A stretch of 64,000 nt of DNA from an uncultured bacterium (lineage in GTDB: Bacteria > Desulfobacterota > Deferrimicrobia > Deferrimicrobiales > Deferrimicrobiaceae). The notes under the pieces were generated by a model. It saw nothing but the letters and a program-made list of their open reading frames with translations. It had not been told where the DNA came from and made no database searches. How positions within the stretch are numbered: the stretch's first letter is position 1; each line of letters opens with the position of its first letter. The stretch is taken from positions 734 through 64,733 of the forward strand of contig CAZTFC010000003.1 of assembly GCA_964612075.1 (NCBI GenBank), in the 5' to 3' direction. Shown in pieces: positions 49,797-60,087 of the stretch. The position numbers were made by a program, and so were the translations under genes.

Positions 49797-50497
49797 GCGA
49801 TATTCATGGGAGGCTGGCGGCCGTCGCGCGGCGCCTCGCGTCCCGCTTCGGCACGCCGGAGGTCTGCGGGCACGAGACGTCCCCGGTGGACAACCTCGTC
49901 CTGACGATCCTCTCCCAGAACACGAACGACGCCAACCGCGACCGGGCGTTCGCGTCCCTTAAAAAAAAATACCCGACGGTCGCCCGGCTGGCCGCCGCGA
50001 AGCCCGCGGAGCTGGAGGACGCGATACGCGCCGGCGGGCTCGCGAAGACGAAGGCGGCGTCCATCCTCTCCGCCCTCTCCCGGCTTGAAAAAGAGCGGGG
50101 CGGGTACACCCTCGATTTCCTCCGGTCGATGCCGCTGCCGGAGGCGCGCGCCTACCTCACCTCCTTCGGGGGGGTGGGGGTGAAGACCGCCAACATTCTC
50201 CTGCTGTTTTCCCTCGGGTTCCCCGCCTTTCCCGTGGACACCCACATCCTCCGGGTGACGAAGCGGCTCGGGCTGGCGCCGGAGAGCGCGACGCTCGCGA
50301 AGGCCGCCCTGCTGCTCGAGCCGCACGTCCCCGAGGGCGCTCACGTCCCCCTTCACCTGAACCTGATCCGGCTGGGCCGGGAATTCTGCAGGCCGCGCAA
50401 TCCCCTGTGCCCCTCGTGCCCGCTCCTTCCCGTGTGCCCGGCCGGGGCGAAGGCCGCCGGGCGGACGAAGACGGCGGGGCGGAAGGGGGACGCATGA
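49793..50497 (+). CDS. nth: Endonuclease III (HhH-GPD, 4Fe-4S)
   Basis: LVLTILSQNTND, GVGVKTANI, PVDTHILRV, CRPRNPLCPSCPLLPVC. Confidence 0.92.
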   Translation: MSDIHGRLAAVARRLASRFGTPEVCGHETSPVDNLVLTILSQNTNDANRDRAFASLKKKYPTVARLAAAKPAELEDAIRAGGLAKTKAASILSALSRLEKERGGYTLDFLRSMPLPEARAYLTSFGGVGVKTANILLLFSLGFPAFPVDTHILRVTKRLGLAPESATLAKAALLLEPHVPEGAHVPLHLNLIRLGREFCRPRNPLCPSCPLLPVCPAGAKAAGRTKTAGRKGDA

Positions 50498-51198
50498 CGT
50501 TCCGTGGATTGTTCCAGTGGGCGTTCATCGTCCTGCTGACGCTGGTTGTGGCGGTGCCGTTCACGCTGATCGGCGTCGCGTCGCCCGACCGCATGGCGAA
50601 GGGGAAGGTCTTCCGCTGGCTGTCGAAGCGATACGCGGCCCTCGCCATGCGCATGTTCGGGGTGACGGTGGAGTCTCGGGGGGTGTCCCGGGTGGACCCC
50701 GACACCGGTTACGTGTTCATGTCGACCCACGCGAGCCACCTCGACTCCCCGGCGCTGGCGATCGCGCTTCCGCATCCGACGTTCTGGGTCTTCAAGAAGG
50801 AGCTGGCGAAGATCCCGTTCTTCGGGTGGACGCTCCTGGCGCTGGGGCAGGTGATGATCGACCGGTCCAACGCCCGGCAGGCCCGCGAGTCGATGGCGGA
50901 CGCGGTCAAGGGCTTGCGGGGGAACCTGTCGATCCTGATCTACCCGGAGGGGACCCGGAGCCCGGACGGGAAGCTGCAGCCGCTGAAGAAAGGCGGCTTC
51001 CACCTGGCGATCCGGGGGAGGATGCCGATCGTGCCGGTGCGGATCGCGGGAAGCCATGAACTGCTGCCGAAGGGGGCGCTGACCGTCCGGCCGGGGCACC
51101 TGGTCGTCGAGCTGTTCGACCCCATCCCGACGGAGGGGAAGACCGAGGAGGACATCCCGCAGCTCATGGACCGGGTGCGGGCCGCCCTGCTTTCCTGA
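50494..51198 (+). CDS. plsC: 1-acyl-sn-glycerol-3-phosphate acyltransferase
   Basis: STHASHLD, FKKEL, IDRS, IYPEGTRS, KKGGF, PIVPV. Confidence 0.9.
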   Translation: MTFRGLFQWAFIVLLTLVVAVPFTLIGVASPDRMAKGKVFRWLSKRYAALAMRMFGVTVESRGVSRVDPDTGYVFMSTHASHLDSPALAIALPHPTFWVFKKELAKIPFFGWTLLALGQVMIDRSNARQARESMADAVKGLRGNLSILIYPEGTRSPDGKLQPLKKGGFHLAIRGRMPIVPVRIAGSHELLPKGALTVRPGHLVVELFDPIPTEGKTEEDIPQLMDRVRAALLS

Positions 51199-52336
51199 AC
51201 GACGGGTCGAGGAGGAAGAATCCCAGGGATCCCGCGCCGACCGCCGCCGCCGCGGAGACGAACATCGGCCCGTAGCCGTACAGCTCGACGACGAAGCCGA
51301 AGGCGGCCGCGCCCGTGACCATCCCCATGTCGAAGGCGCCGGTGAACATTGCCATCGCCATCCCGCCGGCGTCGCTTTTCGCGCGGTCGAGCACGAGGGC
51401 CGACAGGGCGGGGAAGAGCAGCCCGTGGCCGCCCCCGGCGGCGGCGCCCACGGCGGCAAGCCCCGCCCCCGTCCCGGCGAAGGGGATCAGCAGGTTTCCC
51501 GCGCCCAGCAGGAGCAGCGCGAACAGCGTCATCCGCTCCCGGGGCAGCCGGTCGAGCAGCCGGCGCCCCAGCACCCGGGTCGCGATGACCGTCATGGCGT
51601 ACACGAACACGAAGACGCCGATCGAACCCTTGCCGATCTCGAGCAGGTAGACGGGCAGGAAGGTGATGATCGTCCCGTACGCCATGCCGAAGAGGTACCC
51701 CGCGGTGTTGGGGACGAGGAAGGCCCGCCCGAGGAAGACGGAAAGGGAGGCGAAGGAGAGCCGCTCCCTCGTCTCCGGCTCGCGGATCCAGATCGGGAAG
51801 AGGGCGGAGACGACCGCCATGCCGATCGCGGCGGCGAACAGGCCGTTGTAGTCCGCCCGGCGAATGACCCATTCCCCGAGCCAGCCCCCCACGGAGACGG
51901 GCAGGAAGAAGGCCAGGCCGAAGATCCCGAACGCCTCCGCGCGCCGGCCCGGAGGGGCGGCCGCGGCGACGTGCGAGAACGAGGCGGCGGTGAACATGGA
52001 AAAGGCCGCGCCCTGGGCGAGCCGGACGAGATAAAGGACAGGGCCCGGGGAGGATATATATAGCCAGGGCACCGTGGAGGCGGCGGCGAAGAACGCCGCG
52101 GCGGAGATGAGGACCGTCCGGTACCCGCGCCCCGCGATCAAGGCGTTCAGCGGCTTCAGCGCCACCGCCACCAGCGTTCCCGTGGCCATCAGCAGGCCGA
52201 TCTCCCCCTCCCGGATCCCGATCCGGAACAGGTACGCGGGGAGGAAGATGAAAATCACGGAGTAGAAGGAGTAGAAAAGGTTCGAGGCGTTGAGGAGGAT
52301 GTAGCCGCGGTCGTAAAGTGGGACGGTGTGGGACAT
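51164..52336 (-). CDS. MFS transporter
   Basis: About 12 TM; VRLAQGAA, RRAEAFG, GRRLLDR motifs; 3' end overlaps plsC by 35 bp. Confidence 0.9.
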   Translation of the reverse strand: MSHTVPLYDRGYILLNASNLFYSFYSVIFIFLPAYLFRIGIREGEIGLLMATGTLVAVALKPLNALIAGRGYRTVLISAAAFFAAASTVPWLYISSPGPVLYLVRLAQGAAFSMFTAASFSHVAAAAPPGRRAEAFGIFGLAFFLPVSVGGWLGEWVIRRADYNGLFAAAIGMAVVSALFPIWIREPETRERLSFASLSVFLGRAFLVPNTAGYLFGMAYGTIITFLPVYLLEIGKGSIGVFVFVYAMTVIATRVLGRRLLDRLPRERMTLFALLLLGAGNLLIPFAGTGAGLAAVGAAAGGGHGLLFPALSALVLDRAKSDAGGMAMAMFTGAFDMGMVTGAAAFGFVVELYGYGPMFVSAAAAVGAGSLGFFLLDPSFRKAGRPAPGP

Positions 52337-52405
52337 GGGTAGGCAATCTTACCACAACGAAACCTAATGCTTCCCCCCGCCCCCGCTTTCTAAGAGAATG
52401 GTCCC

Positions 52406-54022
52406 ATGGGCAGGCCGCTGCGCGTCGCCCTGGCGCAGATCAACGCCACCGTGGGCGACATATCGGGCAACGTACGGAAGATCCTGGAGACCTCCGCGCG
52501 GGCGCGCGAGGCGAAGGCCGACCTCGTCGTCTTCCCGGAGCTGGCGATCACCGGCTACCCGCCGGAAGACCTGCTGCTGCGCTCCTCCTTCGTCGAAAGG
52601 AACCTTTCCGCCTGGAACGAGGTGGCGCAGGGGATCCACGGGGTCACCGCCATCGTGGGGTTCGTGGACCGCGACGCGCGGAAGCGGGTCTACAACGCGG
52701 CGGGGGTCGCGGCGAACGGCCGCCCCGTCGCGGTGTACCGGAAGATGCACCTCCCCAACTACGGCGTATTCGACGAGCTGCGCTACTTCCACCGGGGCAT
52801 GGAGCCGCTGCTCATCCCCGTCGCCGGGACGCGCGTGGGGATCACCGTGTGCGAGGACGTGTGGGTGCCCGCGGGCCCCGTCCCGCGGGAGGTCAAGGAA
52901 GGCGCGGGGCTGATCATCAACATCTCGTCGTCCCCGTACCACGCCGGGAAATGGCGGGTCCGCCGGGACCTCGTGGCGTCCCACGCGCGGCGGAACCGGG
53001 TGCCGGTGGCCTACTGCAACATGGTGGGCGGCCAGGACGAGCTGGTGTTCGACGGGGGGAGCATGGTGGTCGGGCCTTCGGGCGAGGTGATCGCCCGGGC
53101 GGCGATGTTCGACGAGGAGCTGCTCCTGTGCGACCTCGGCGGCAGGGAGCCGGGGCCGATCGCCCCCATCCCCCGGAGGGAGGAGGAGGTCTTCCGGGCC
53201 CTCGCCACCGGCACGCGGGACTACGTGGAGAAGAACCGGTTCCCGGGCGTGATCATCGGCCTGTCCGGCGGGCTCGACTCGTCCATCGTCGCGGCGGTCG
53301 CGGCGGAGGCGCTTTCGCCCTCCCGGGTGCTCGGCGTCACGATGTCGTCGTCGTACACGTCGCGGGAGAGCGTGGAGGACGCGCACGCGCTGGCGGCCAA
53401 CCTCGGGATCCGCTGCATCGACCTGTCCATCCGGGAGGCGTTCGAGGCGTTCCGGGGAACGCTCGCCGGGCCGTTCCGGAACCTGGCGGCGGACGCCACG
53501 GAGGAGAATCTGCAGGCGCGCATCCGCGGCACGCTCCTCATGGCTCTTTCCAACAAGTTCGGGGACCTCGTCCTCGCCACGGGAAACAAGAGCGAGATGA
53601 GCGTCGGCTACGCCACCCTTTACGGAGACATGGCGGGCGGGTTCGCGGTCATCAAGGACGTCTTAAAGACGATGGTGTACCAGGTGTCCCGCTGGTACAA
53701 CGAGAGCCACGGCCGGGCCATCATCCCCGAGCGGGTGCTCACGAAGGCGCCGACGGCGGAGCTGAAACCAGGCCAGAAGGACACCGACTCCCTGCCGGAA
53801 TACGAGATCCTCGACCCGATCCTGAAGATGTACGTGGAGGACGACCGCAGCGTCGCCGAGATGACGGCGGCGGGGCACGACGAGGATGTGGTCCGGAGGG
53901 TCGTGTCCATGGTGGACCGGAGCGAATACAAGCGCCGCCAGGCGCCCCCCGGCGTCAAGATCACCCCCCGCGCCCTGGGCCGGGACCGCCGGATGCCGAT
54001 CACGAACCTGTCGCAGCATTAG
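52406..54022 (+). CDS. nadE: Glutamine-dependent NAD+ synthetase
   Basis: FPELAITGYPPEDL, YRKMHLPNYGVFDE, ITVCEDVW, GLSGGLDS, ENLQARIRG, GNKSE, GYATLYGDM, SEYKRRQAPPG. Confidence 0.96.
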   Translation: MGRPLRVALAQINATVGDISGNVRKILETSARAREAKADLVVFPELAITGYPPEDLLLRSSFVERNLSAWNEVAQGIHGVTAIVGFVDRDARKRVYNAAGVAANGRPVAVYRKMHLPNYGVFDELRYFHRGMEPLLIPVAGTRVGITVCEDVWVPAGPVPREVKEGAGLIINISSSPYHAGKWRVRRDLVASHARRNRVPVAYCNMVGGQDELVFDGGSMVVGPSGEVIARAAMFDEELLLCDLGGREPGPIAPIPRREEEVFRALATGTRDYVEKNRFPGVIIGLSGGLDSSIVAAVAAEALSPSRVLGVTMSSSYTSRESVEDAHALAANLGIRCIDLSIREAFEAFRGTLAGPFRNLAADATEENLQARIRGTLLMALSNKFGDLVLATGNKSEMSVGYATLYGDMAGGFAVIKDVLKTMVYQVSRWYNESHGRAIIPERVLTKAPTAELKPGQKDTDSLPEYEILDPILKMYVEDDRSVAEMTAAGHDEDVVRRVVSMVDRSEYKRRQAPPGVKITPRALGRDRRMPITNLSQH

Positions 54023-54049
54023 CGGGCCGCCTGGCGGCCGAGGGCCCGG

Positions 54050-55708
54050 TCACCGGACAAACACCGTCGAGTACTTCGCGATCCGGACCAGCCCCGGCTT
54101 CGCTCCCTTGAACTTCGAGACGTGCCGGGCCTCGGCGAGGAAGACGGGGACGTTCCGCGAGCCCTTCGCCCTGCTGTGGAACACCGCGAGCCGCGCGGCC
54201 TCCTCGACCACTTCCTTCGGGACCTCCTTCCCGGGAGGGCGGCGGACGAGCACATGGCTTCCCGGGATCCCCTGCGCGTGCAGCCAGAGGTCGTCGGGGG
54301 AGGACAGCTCCTTCACGATCCGGTCGTTCCCGACGTTGTTCCGGCCGACGAGGATCGTGAAGCCGCGGTGCTCGACGGCCTCCACCTGGGGGGCGACCGG
54401 CCGGGGCGCGTCGGAGCGCCCTCCCTTCCGTTTCGGGGGGGCCTTCGCCCGGGAGGCGAAGGAGGCCGACAGCTCCTGTCGGACCGCGATCAGCTCGTCC
54501 CTCGAGCGCGCCGCGTCGAGCTGCGCCTCCAGCGACTCGATGTAGTAGATCCCTTCCGCGACTTCCCGCTTCCGCCGGCGGACGATCTCCATCGCGTTCT
54601 TCGCCTTGCGCGCCAGGCGGAAGTACCGGTTCATGTTCTCGACGGGGGACAATGCCGGGTCCAGCGGGATGCCGCGGAACGAGGTCATCCCCTTGGCGAG
54701 CTCTCCCAGGTTCCCCTTCAGCGTCTCGCCGTGGGCGCCTCCCGCCAGTCCCTCCACGAGCCGCTCCTCGTCCCCTCCGACGTTCTCGAGCTTGTGGCGT
54801 TCTTTCTTCAGCAGCGCCTGGACGCGGGAGGAGAGCTGCTGGCGCAGCGCGGCCAGCTCGCGGTTTTCCGCGACGGCGGAGTAGAAAGCGTCCGCCGCGT
54901 CGTTGGCGGAGGGGTGCGGCTCGAATTCCCCGAACCCGGCCGCGGGGCAGGGAAAGGGGAGGATGCGCCGCTTCCCGCCGGGCAGCGTCCCGATGCCGGG
55001 CGAGAAATCGTCTTCCTCGTACCGGCGCACCAGTTCTCTCAGCGCGGAATACAGCGCGCCGGGGCCGTCCTTCCCTCTCGCCGCCGCCTCGCGGGCCACC
55101 TCCCTGCCCAGCCCCGCCACGGAATCCAGCAGCGCGCGGTCCGGCCCCGCGAACCCCCCGGCGAAGATCCTTTCGGCGTCCTCCGGGGTCACCTCCGGCA
55201 GAAATACCCGCGACGGGCGCGGCAGCGGCCTGTACGGGACGCCCGGGGAGACCTCGCGGATCCGGCTCTCTTCCGGCGACACGACGCGCAGCGGGCAGAG
55301 GATCGTTCCGGCGCCGTCGACGTAGATCAGGTTGGCGTGCCGCCCGAACAGCTCCGCGTACAGCGCGGTCCGCTCATGCTCGGCGTCCGGGCGCGACGAG
55401 GCGAAATCGATCCGCACGGAGCGGTCGTACGGCGCGAGGGCGAGCGACGCGACGCGCATCCCCTCCATGTGCCTGCGGAGGTACTGGCAGAACCGGGGAG
55501 GGACGGCCGGGTTGGGGGACCTGCGAGTCGTCAGGTGGAGGCGGCAGTTCTCCGGGTCGGCGGACAAAAGCAGCCGTTTCTCCCCGCGCCCCGTCCAGAG
55601 GACGAGGACGATCTCCCGGTCCGCGGGCTGGTGCACCCTCGAGACCAGCGCCCCGGGGAGCGCCCCGGCCAGCTCGGAGACGACCTGTTTCAGGAGAAAG
55701 GCGTCCAT
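54050..55708 (-). CDS. NFACT/FbpA (RqcH) ribosome quality-control protein
   Basis: PPRFCQYLRRH, LYAELFGRHANLI, LDPALSPVENMNRYF, LVGRNNVGND, LWLHAQGIPGSHV, AARLAVFHS. Confidence 0.92.
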   Translation of the reverse strand: MDAFLLKQVVSELAGALPGALVSRVHQPADREIVLVLWTGRGEKRLLLSADPENCRLHLTTRRSPNPAVPPRFCQYLRRHMEGMRVASLALAPYDRSVRIDFASSRPDAEHERTALYAELFGRHANLIYVDGAGTILCPLRVVSPEESRIREVSPGVPYRPLPRPSRVFLPEVTPEDAERIFAGGFAGPDRALLDSVAGLGREVAREAAARGKDGPGALYSALRELVRRYEEDDFSPGIGTLPGGKRRILPFPCPAAGFGEFEPHPSANDAADAFYSAVAENRELAALRQQLSSRVQALLKKERHKLENVGGDEERLVEGLAGGAHGETLKGNLGELAKGMTSFRGIPLDPALSPVENMNRYFRLARKAKNAMEIVRRRKREVAEGIYYIESLEAQLDAARSRDELIAVRQELSASFASRAKAPPKRKGGRSDAPRPVAPQVEAVEHRGFTILVGRNNVGNDRIVKELSSPDDLWLHAQGIPGSHVLVRRPPGKEVPKEVVEEAARLAVFHSRAKGSRNVPVFLAEARHVSKFKGAKPGLVRIAKYSTVFVR

Positions 55709-55824
55709 CGCCTTTCATTCTACGCCAGCGGGGGATTCGCCGGGGTCAGGCGACAGGGACCGGCGTGTCTTCCCGTCGCGCCGGGTGATACAATCGAACG
55801 GGTGAATCGCAGCGGAGAAACGAA

Positions 55825-56256
55825 ATGAAACGGGCTTTGAGGCGAGTGCTTTGCGCGGCCGCCCTGCTCCTGCTGTTTTCGTGCGCCGCGAGGAAGGAGG
55901 CGGTCCTCCCGCCCGCGCCTCCTCCCGCGCCCCCGCCGTCGCCCGCGCGGATCGAGGTCGTCCGGCTTCAGATGACCGCGAACCGGGATTTCGTGGGCGT
56001 CAAGTTCCGCATGGCGGGGGAAGAGCGCGTCGATCTCAAATCGGCGGAGATCTACCTGGTCGACGAATCCTCGGGCGACCGGTACCCGGTCGTCCGCCTG
56101 CAGCGCATCGGCCGGATGGCGGAGTTCAGCGTGCCCGGGGAAGCGGGCGTGCACCACGTCATGTTCCGGAACCGCGACGGCAGGCTGAAGATCGGGAAGC
56201 GGGTCACGATCGTCATCGGGAATGCGCGGCACGAGCATCTTGTGATTCGGGAGTGA
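55825..56256 (+). CDS. Hypothetical lipoprotein with Pro-rich linker
   Basis: Lipobox LFSC; PPAPPPAPPP linker; beta-rich C-terminal domain; RBS GGAG. Confidence 0.75.
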   Translation: MKRALRRVLCAAALLLLFSCAARKEAVLPPAPPPAPPPSPARIEVVRLQMTANRDFVGVKFRMAGEERVDLKSAEIYLVDESSGDRYPVVRLQRIGRMAEFSVPGEAGVHHVMFRNRDGRLKIGKRVTIVIGNARHEHLVIRE

Positions 56257-58912
56257 CCCCGGCGGCCGGCCGTTCCGCCAGCAGTTCGCGCGCCTTGCGC
56301 GAAAGCGTCGTCGGCGTGATCGGCTTCTGGAGGAAGGTCCTCCCCCTGCCCATCCTGCCCAGGTGCTTCCGGGCGTCTTCCGCGTATCCCGACATGTAGA
56401 GGACGGGGATTCCCGGCCTCTCGGCCGCCACCCGCTCGGCGAGCTCGATGCCGTTCATCCCGGGCATGACCAGGTCGGTGACCAGCAGGTCGATCGTCCC
56501 GTCGTGTCGGCCGCTGATCTCCAGCGCGGTGGCGCCGTTCGGGGCTTCGAGGACGGTGTAGCCGTTCCCCCGGAAGATCTCCGCCGCGAGCTCGCGCACC
56601 ATGTCCTCGTCCTCGACGAGGAGGATGGTCTCGCCGCCGCCCGTTCCATCGAGCGTTTTCTCCCGCGTTTCCTCCGCCGTTTCCTGCTCCGTCCTTTCGA
56701 CGGCCGGGAGGTAGATGGTGAAGGTCGTCCCTTTCCCGGGGGCGCTCGCGACCCGGATGTACCCGCCGCTCTGCTTCACGATCCCGTACACGGTGGACAG
56801 CCCCAGCCCGGTCCCCTTGCCCTGCTTCTTCGTCGTGAAGAACGGCTCGAAGATCCGGTACAGGACCTCGTTGCTCATCCCCGTCCCGTTGTCGGCGACC
56901 CGCAGCGTGGCGTAGCGGCCGGGGGGGATGGTCAGCTCGCGTTCCACGAAGGGAGACTCCAGGGTGAGGTTTTCCGTGGACACGACCAGCTTTCCGCCGG
57001 CGGGCATTGCGTCCCGCGCGTTGACGCACAGGTTCATCAGGATCTGCTCGATCTGGCTCGGGTCGGCCTGGACCGTCCAGAGGTCCCGGCCCGGTTCCGT
57101 CACGAATTCGATGTCCTCCCCGATCAGGCGGCGAAGCATCTTCGCGAGGTTCTCGACGACTTCGTCCATCCGGAGCAGCTTCGGCTTCAGCACCTGCCGG
57201 CGGCTGAAGGCGAGGAGCTGGTGCGTGAGGGCGGCGGCGCGCTCGCCCGCCTTGTGGATCTCCTCGATCTCCCTCAGGGCGGGGTTTCGCTCGTCGGTCC
57301 TAAGCAGGAGCAGCTCGCTGTACCCCGTGATCACCGAAAGCAGGTTGTTGAAATCGTGGGCGACGCCCCCAGCCAGCTTGCCGACGGCCTCCATCTTCAT
57401 GGACTGGCGGAGCTGTTCCTCGCTGCGGTGCAGGGCGTCCTCCGACTTCTTGGTTTCGGTGATGTCCGCCATGATCGCGACCATGGAGGAGACCTTCCCC
57501 TGCGGGTCGAGGAGGGGCGCCCCGGAGAAGGCGAGGATGATCTCCGATCCGTCGCGGCCGCGGCAGCAGATCTCCGTGTTGGCGAATTTCTCCCCGAGCA
57601 GCACGAGGTTGCACGTCGCCTTCAGCTCCCGGTTCCCCTCGGAGGAGAGCAGGGGGTTGGCCCGGCCGATCGTCTCGGATTCGCCCCATCCGAAGATGCG
57701 GACGGCGGCGGGGTTCCAGACGCGGACGGTCCCGGCGGCGTCGCTTACGACCACCGCCAGGGGCGAGGCCTCGATCAGGGCGTGCAGGGTGCCGCTGGTC
57801 TCGTGATACGCCTCCTCCGCGCGCGTCCGCTCGGAGATGTGGTTCTTGATGGTGTCCAGCATGACGTCGTTTGCCCGGACCAGCGTGGAGATCTCGTTCT
57901 CCCGGGGCGCGGCGTCGAAGTTCGCCCCCGAATACTCGTGGATGGTCTGGAGCGTCTTCCCGTAAAGGTTCTTCAGGGGGCGGACGATCAGGAAGGTGAG
58001 GCCCGCCCCTATCAGCGCGATGCCGGCCAGGATGGCCAGCCCCCATTGGGTCATCCGGACCCGGTTCTTGGCCAATAGCTCCCGGATGACGCCGATGTCG
58101 GACTCGATCAGGAGGCAATAGTTCTCGTCCACGATTTTCAGCGGGACGTAGGTGTAGGACCGGTAGGCGTCTTCGTCGATGTGGAAAAGGGGATCCCGCT
58201 TCGCGAGCGTGCGTTGCGCCAGGCGGGGATCGAACGCGTTGGCGATGGAAAGGTCGTAGGAGCCCGCGATCACCTTTTCGGATGTGGCGATGAACACCTG
58301 GTGCCCCGTCTCCCTGGCGAGCCGGCCCGCGAAGACGTCGTCGACCCGGTTCCCGAGGATCAGCACGCCTCCCGGTTTTTCCTTTCCGAAGACGTAGACC
58401 GGCGCGATGACCACGATCCCGGCACCTTCGGGCCCGGACATCGTCGTGACGGCCTGCTCCCCCTTGAGCGCCTTCCGGAAGGCGTGCGTATCCTCCAGCC
58501 GTGCCGGTTCCCCGCCTTTCCCCTTCCCCGCTCGGTAAAGGATCTTCCCGTTGGGGTCGGCCATCACGAAAAGCGAAAGGTTCATCTTCGGGAACAGCTG
58601 GTTCATCGCCAGCTTCAGCGGCTTGGCGTCCCCCTGCGTCCCTTTGTAGTGGAACAGGCCGTACACGATGTCCGTGTCGCTTTTCAGGATCTTCGCCAGC
58701 CCCGCGATCCGGTTCACCTCCTGGGAGACGAGCGACTCGATCATGCGGTGGGTGTCGAGCGCCTTGTTGCGCTCCCTCTCCTCGAAGACGGTGCGGAAGA
58801 CCGACTTGTTGATCTGGTAGCCGGCGAGGAGGATGCCCGCGCCGATGGAGACGAGGAGCAGGACGATCGGGAAGACGATGCTGTTGCGGACGCGGAACCC
58901 CCGGAATCTCAT
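56213..58912 (-). CDS. Hybrid histidine kinase (2 TM, Cache-like, HAMP, PAS, HisKA, HATPase, REC)
   Basis: AGGVAHDFNNLL, NLCVNARDAM, FEPFFTTK..GKGTGLGL, LVTDLVMPGMNG; RBS AAGGA before ATG 58912. Confidence 0.93.
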   Translation of the reverse strand: MRFRGFRVRNSIVFPIVLLLVSIGAGILLAGYQINKSVFRTVFEERERNKALDTHRMIESLVSQEVNRIAGLAKILKSDTDIVYGLFHYKGTQGDAKPLKLAMNQLFPKMNLSLFVMADPNGKILYRAGKGKGGEPARLEDTHAFRKALKGEQAVTTMSGPEGAGIVVIAPVYVFGKEKPGGVLILGNRVDDVFAGRLARETGHQVFIATSEKVIAGSYDLSIANAFDPRLAQRTLAKRDPLFHIDEDAYRSYTYVPLKIVDENYCLLIESDIGVIRELLAKNRVRMTQWGLAILAGIALIGAGLTFLIVRPLKNLYGKTLQTIHEYSGANFDAAPRENEISTLVRANDVMLDTIKNHISERTRAEEAYHETSGTLHALIEASPLAVVVSDAAGTVRVWNPAAVRIFGWGESETIGRANPLLSSEGNRELKATCNLVLLGEKFANTEICCRGRDGSEIILAFSGAPLLDPQGKVSSMVAIMADITETKKSEDALHRSEEQLRQSMKMEAVGKLAGGVAHDFNNLLSVITGYSELLLLRTDERNPALREIEEIHKAGERAAALTHQLLAFSRRQVLKPKLLRMDEVVENLAKMLRRLIGEDIEFVTEPGRDLWTVQADPSQIEQILMNLCVNARDAMPAGGKLVVSTENLTLESPFVERELTIPPGRYATLRVADNGTGMSNEVLYRIFEPFFTTKKQGKGTGLGLSTVYGIVKQSGGYIRVASAPGKGTTFTIYLPAVERTEQETAEETREKTLDGTGGGETILLVEDEDMVRELAAEIFRGNGYTVLEAPNGATALEISGRHDGTIDLLVTDLVMPGMNGIELAERVAAERPGIPVLYMSGYAEDARKHLGRMGRGRTFLQKPITPTTLSRKARELLAERPAAGVTPESQDARAAHSR

Positions 58913-58992
58913 CCCGGTGTCCTTTATTATTTCCATCAGCCGACCCAAATCCGCCTGTACCGCCTCTCGCGTGCGTATTTGTCCGTCTGTTT

Positions 58993-59019
58993 TTATCGGC
59001 TTATAACGACTGAACCTTA
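58993..59019 (-). promoter_or_regulatory. Sigma28-like promoter for the hybrid kinase
   Basis: Minus strand TAAGGTTC-N11-GCCGATAA (perfect -10 element, canonical spacing). Confidence 0.65.
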
Positions 59020-59074
59020 ATAATATTTTCCCGGGTGCGGACTATAATGTCGTGTCGGGAGGGACGCGTTCGCC

Positions 59075-59893
59075 ATGCCATTTGCCGACCTGAACGGATT
59101 CCGCGCGTATTTCGAGGTGCACGGGGCCGGTTTTCCCCTGCTTCTGATCAACGGGTTGGGGAGCGACCACCTGGAGTGGCTGTTCCAGGTCCCGGCGTTC
59201 GAGCCGCACTTCCGGGTGGTGGTTTACGACCATTTCGGCACGGGGAAGAGCGACGCGCCGCCGGGGCCCTACACCACCGCGCGGATGGCCGACGACGCCG
59301 TCATCCTGCTGGAATCCTTGGGGATACGGCGGGCGCACGTCCTGGGGGTGTCTCTGGGAGGAATGATCGCCCAGGAGGTCGCGCTGCGACACCCGGCCCG
59401 GGTGGAATGCCTGGTGCTGGGGTGCACCGCCCCCGGGGGACCGCTGTCCCTGCGCCCCACCGAAGCGGCGATGGCGGCGTTTCTCGGCGCGGGCAAAGGG
59501 AACCCGGAAAGCGAATTGCGGCGGATGATGCCCTACCTGTACACGGAGACGTATATGAAGGAACGGCCGGAGGAAATAGACGCCTTCCTCCGGAGGAGGC
59601 TGGAAAACCGGACCGACCCGCTGGCGTTCGTTTCCCAGCTGTCCGCCGCCATGAGCCACGACGCGTCCGGCCGGCTCTCCCGGGTCCGGGCCAGGACGCT
59701 GGTCATCACGGGGGACGCCGACCGGCTGGTGCCGCCGGAAAACTCCGCCCGGATCGCCGAGCGGGTCCCGGGCGCCCGGCTGGTCGTTCTTCCCGGCGCT
59801 CCGCACCGTCTGTTCGCGGAGAACGCCGAAGCGTTCAACAGGGAAGTGCTGGAGTTCTTGACCGCAGAACCAAACCACCGAACCGGGACGTAG
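59075..59893 (+). CDS. Alpha/beta hydrolase
   Basis: LLLINGLG, YDHFGTGKS, GVSLGGMIA (nucleophile elbow), ITGDAD, APHRLF. Confidence 0.92.
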   Translation: MPFADLNGFRAYFEVHGAGFPLLLINGLGSDHLEWLFQVPAFEPHFRVVVYDHFGTGKSDAPPGPYTTARMADDAVILLESLGIRRAHVLGVSLGGMIAQEVALRHPARVECLVLGCTAPGGPLSLRPTEAAMAAFLGAGKGNPESELRRMMPYLYTETYMKERPEEIDAFLRRRLENRTDPLAFVSQLSAAMSHDASGRLSRVRARTLVITGDADRLVPPENSARIAERVPGARLVVLPGAPHRLFAENAEAFNREVLEFLTAEPNHRTGT

Positions 59894-60081
59894 ATGAGTT
59901 CTGCCGCAGTTTGGGGACAGAGATGGGGACCGCAGAACCGGGACGTAGATGAGAAGTCCAAAAGCCTGGAAGTCCGACTGCCTGATATGCAGGACTTCTC
60001 ATCTACGTCCCGGTTCTGCGGTCCTTCCGGTTCGTCCACCTCTGTCCCTGTTTTGCGGCAGAACTCATCTACGTCCCGGTT
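59881..60081. repeat. Nested-palindrome REPIN-like element 1
   Basis: Outer 28-bp perfect IR (59881-59908/60054-60081), inner 33-bp perfect IR (59927-59959/59992-60024), 32-nt loop; core GGGACGTAGATGAG x4. Confidence 0.88.
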
Positions 60082-60087
60082 TTGAGG

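Noticed and set aside
51164-56256. Convergent 3' overlaps (plsC/MFS 35 bp; lipoprotein/kinase 44 bp) as antisense regulation
   Set aside because: Short tail overlaps are common in compact high-GC genomes and nothing else supports a function.
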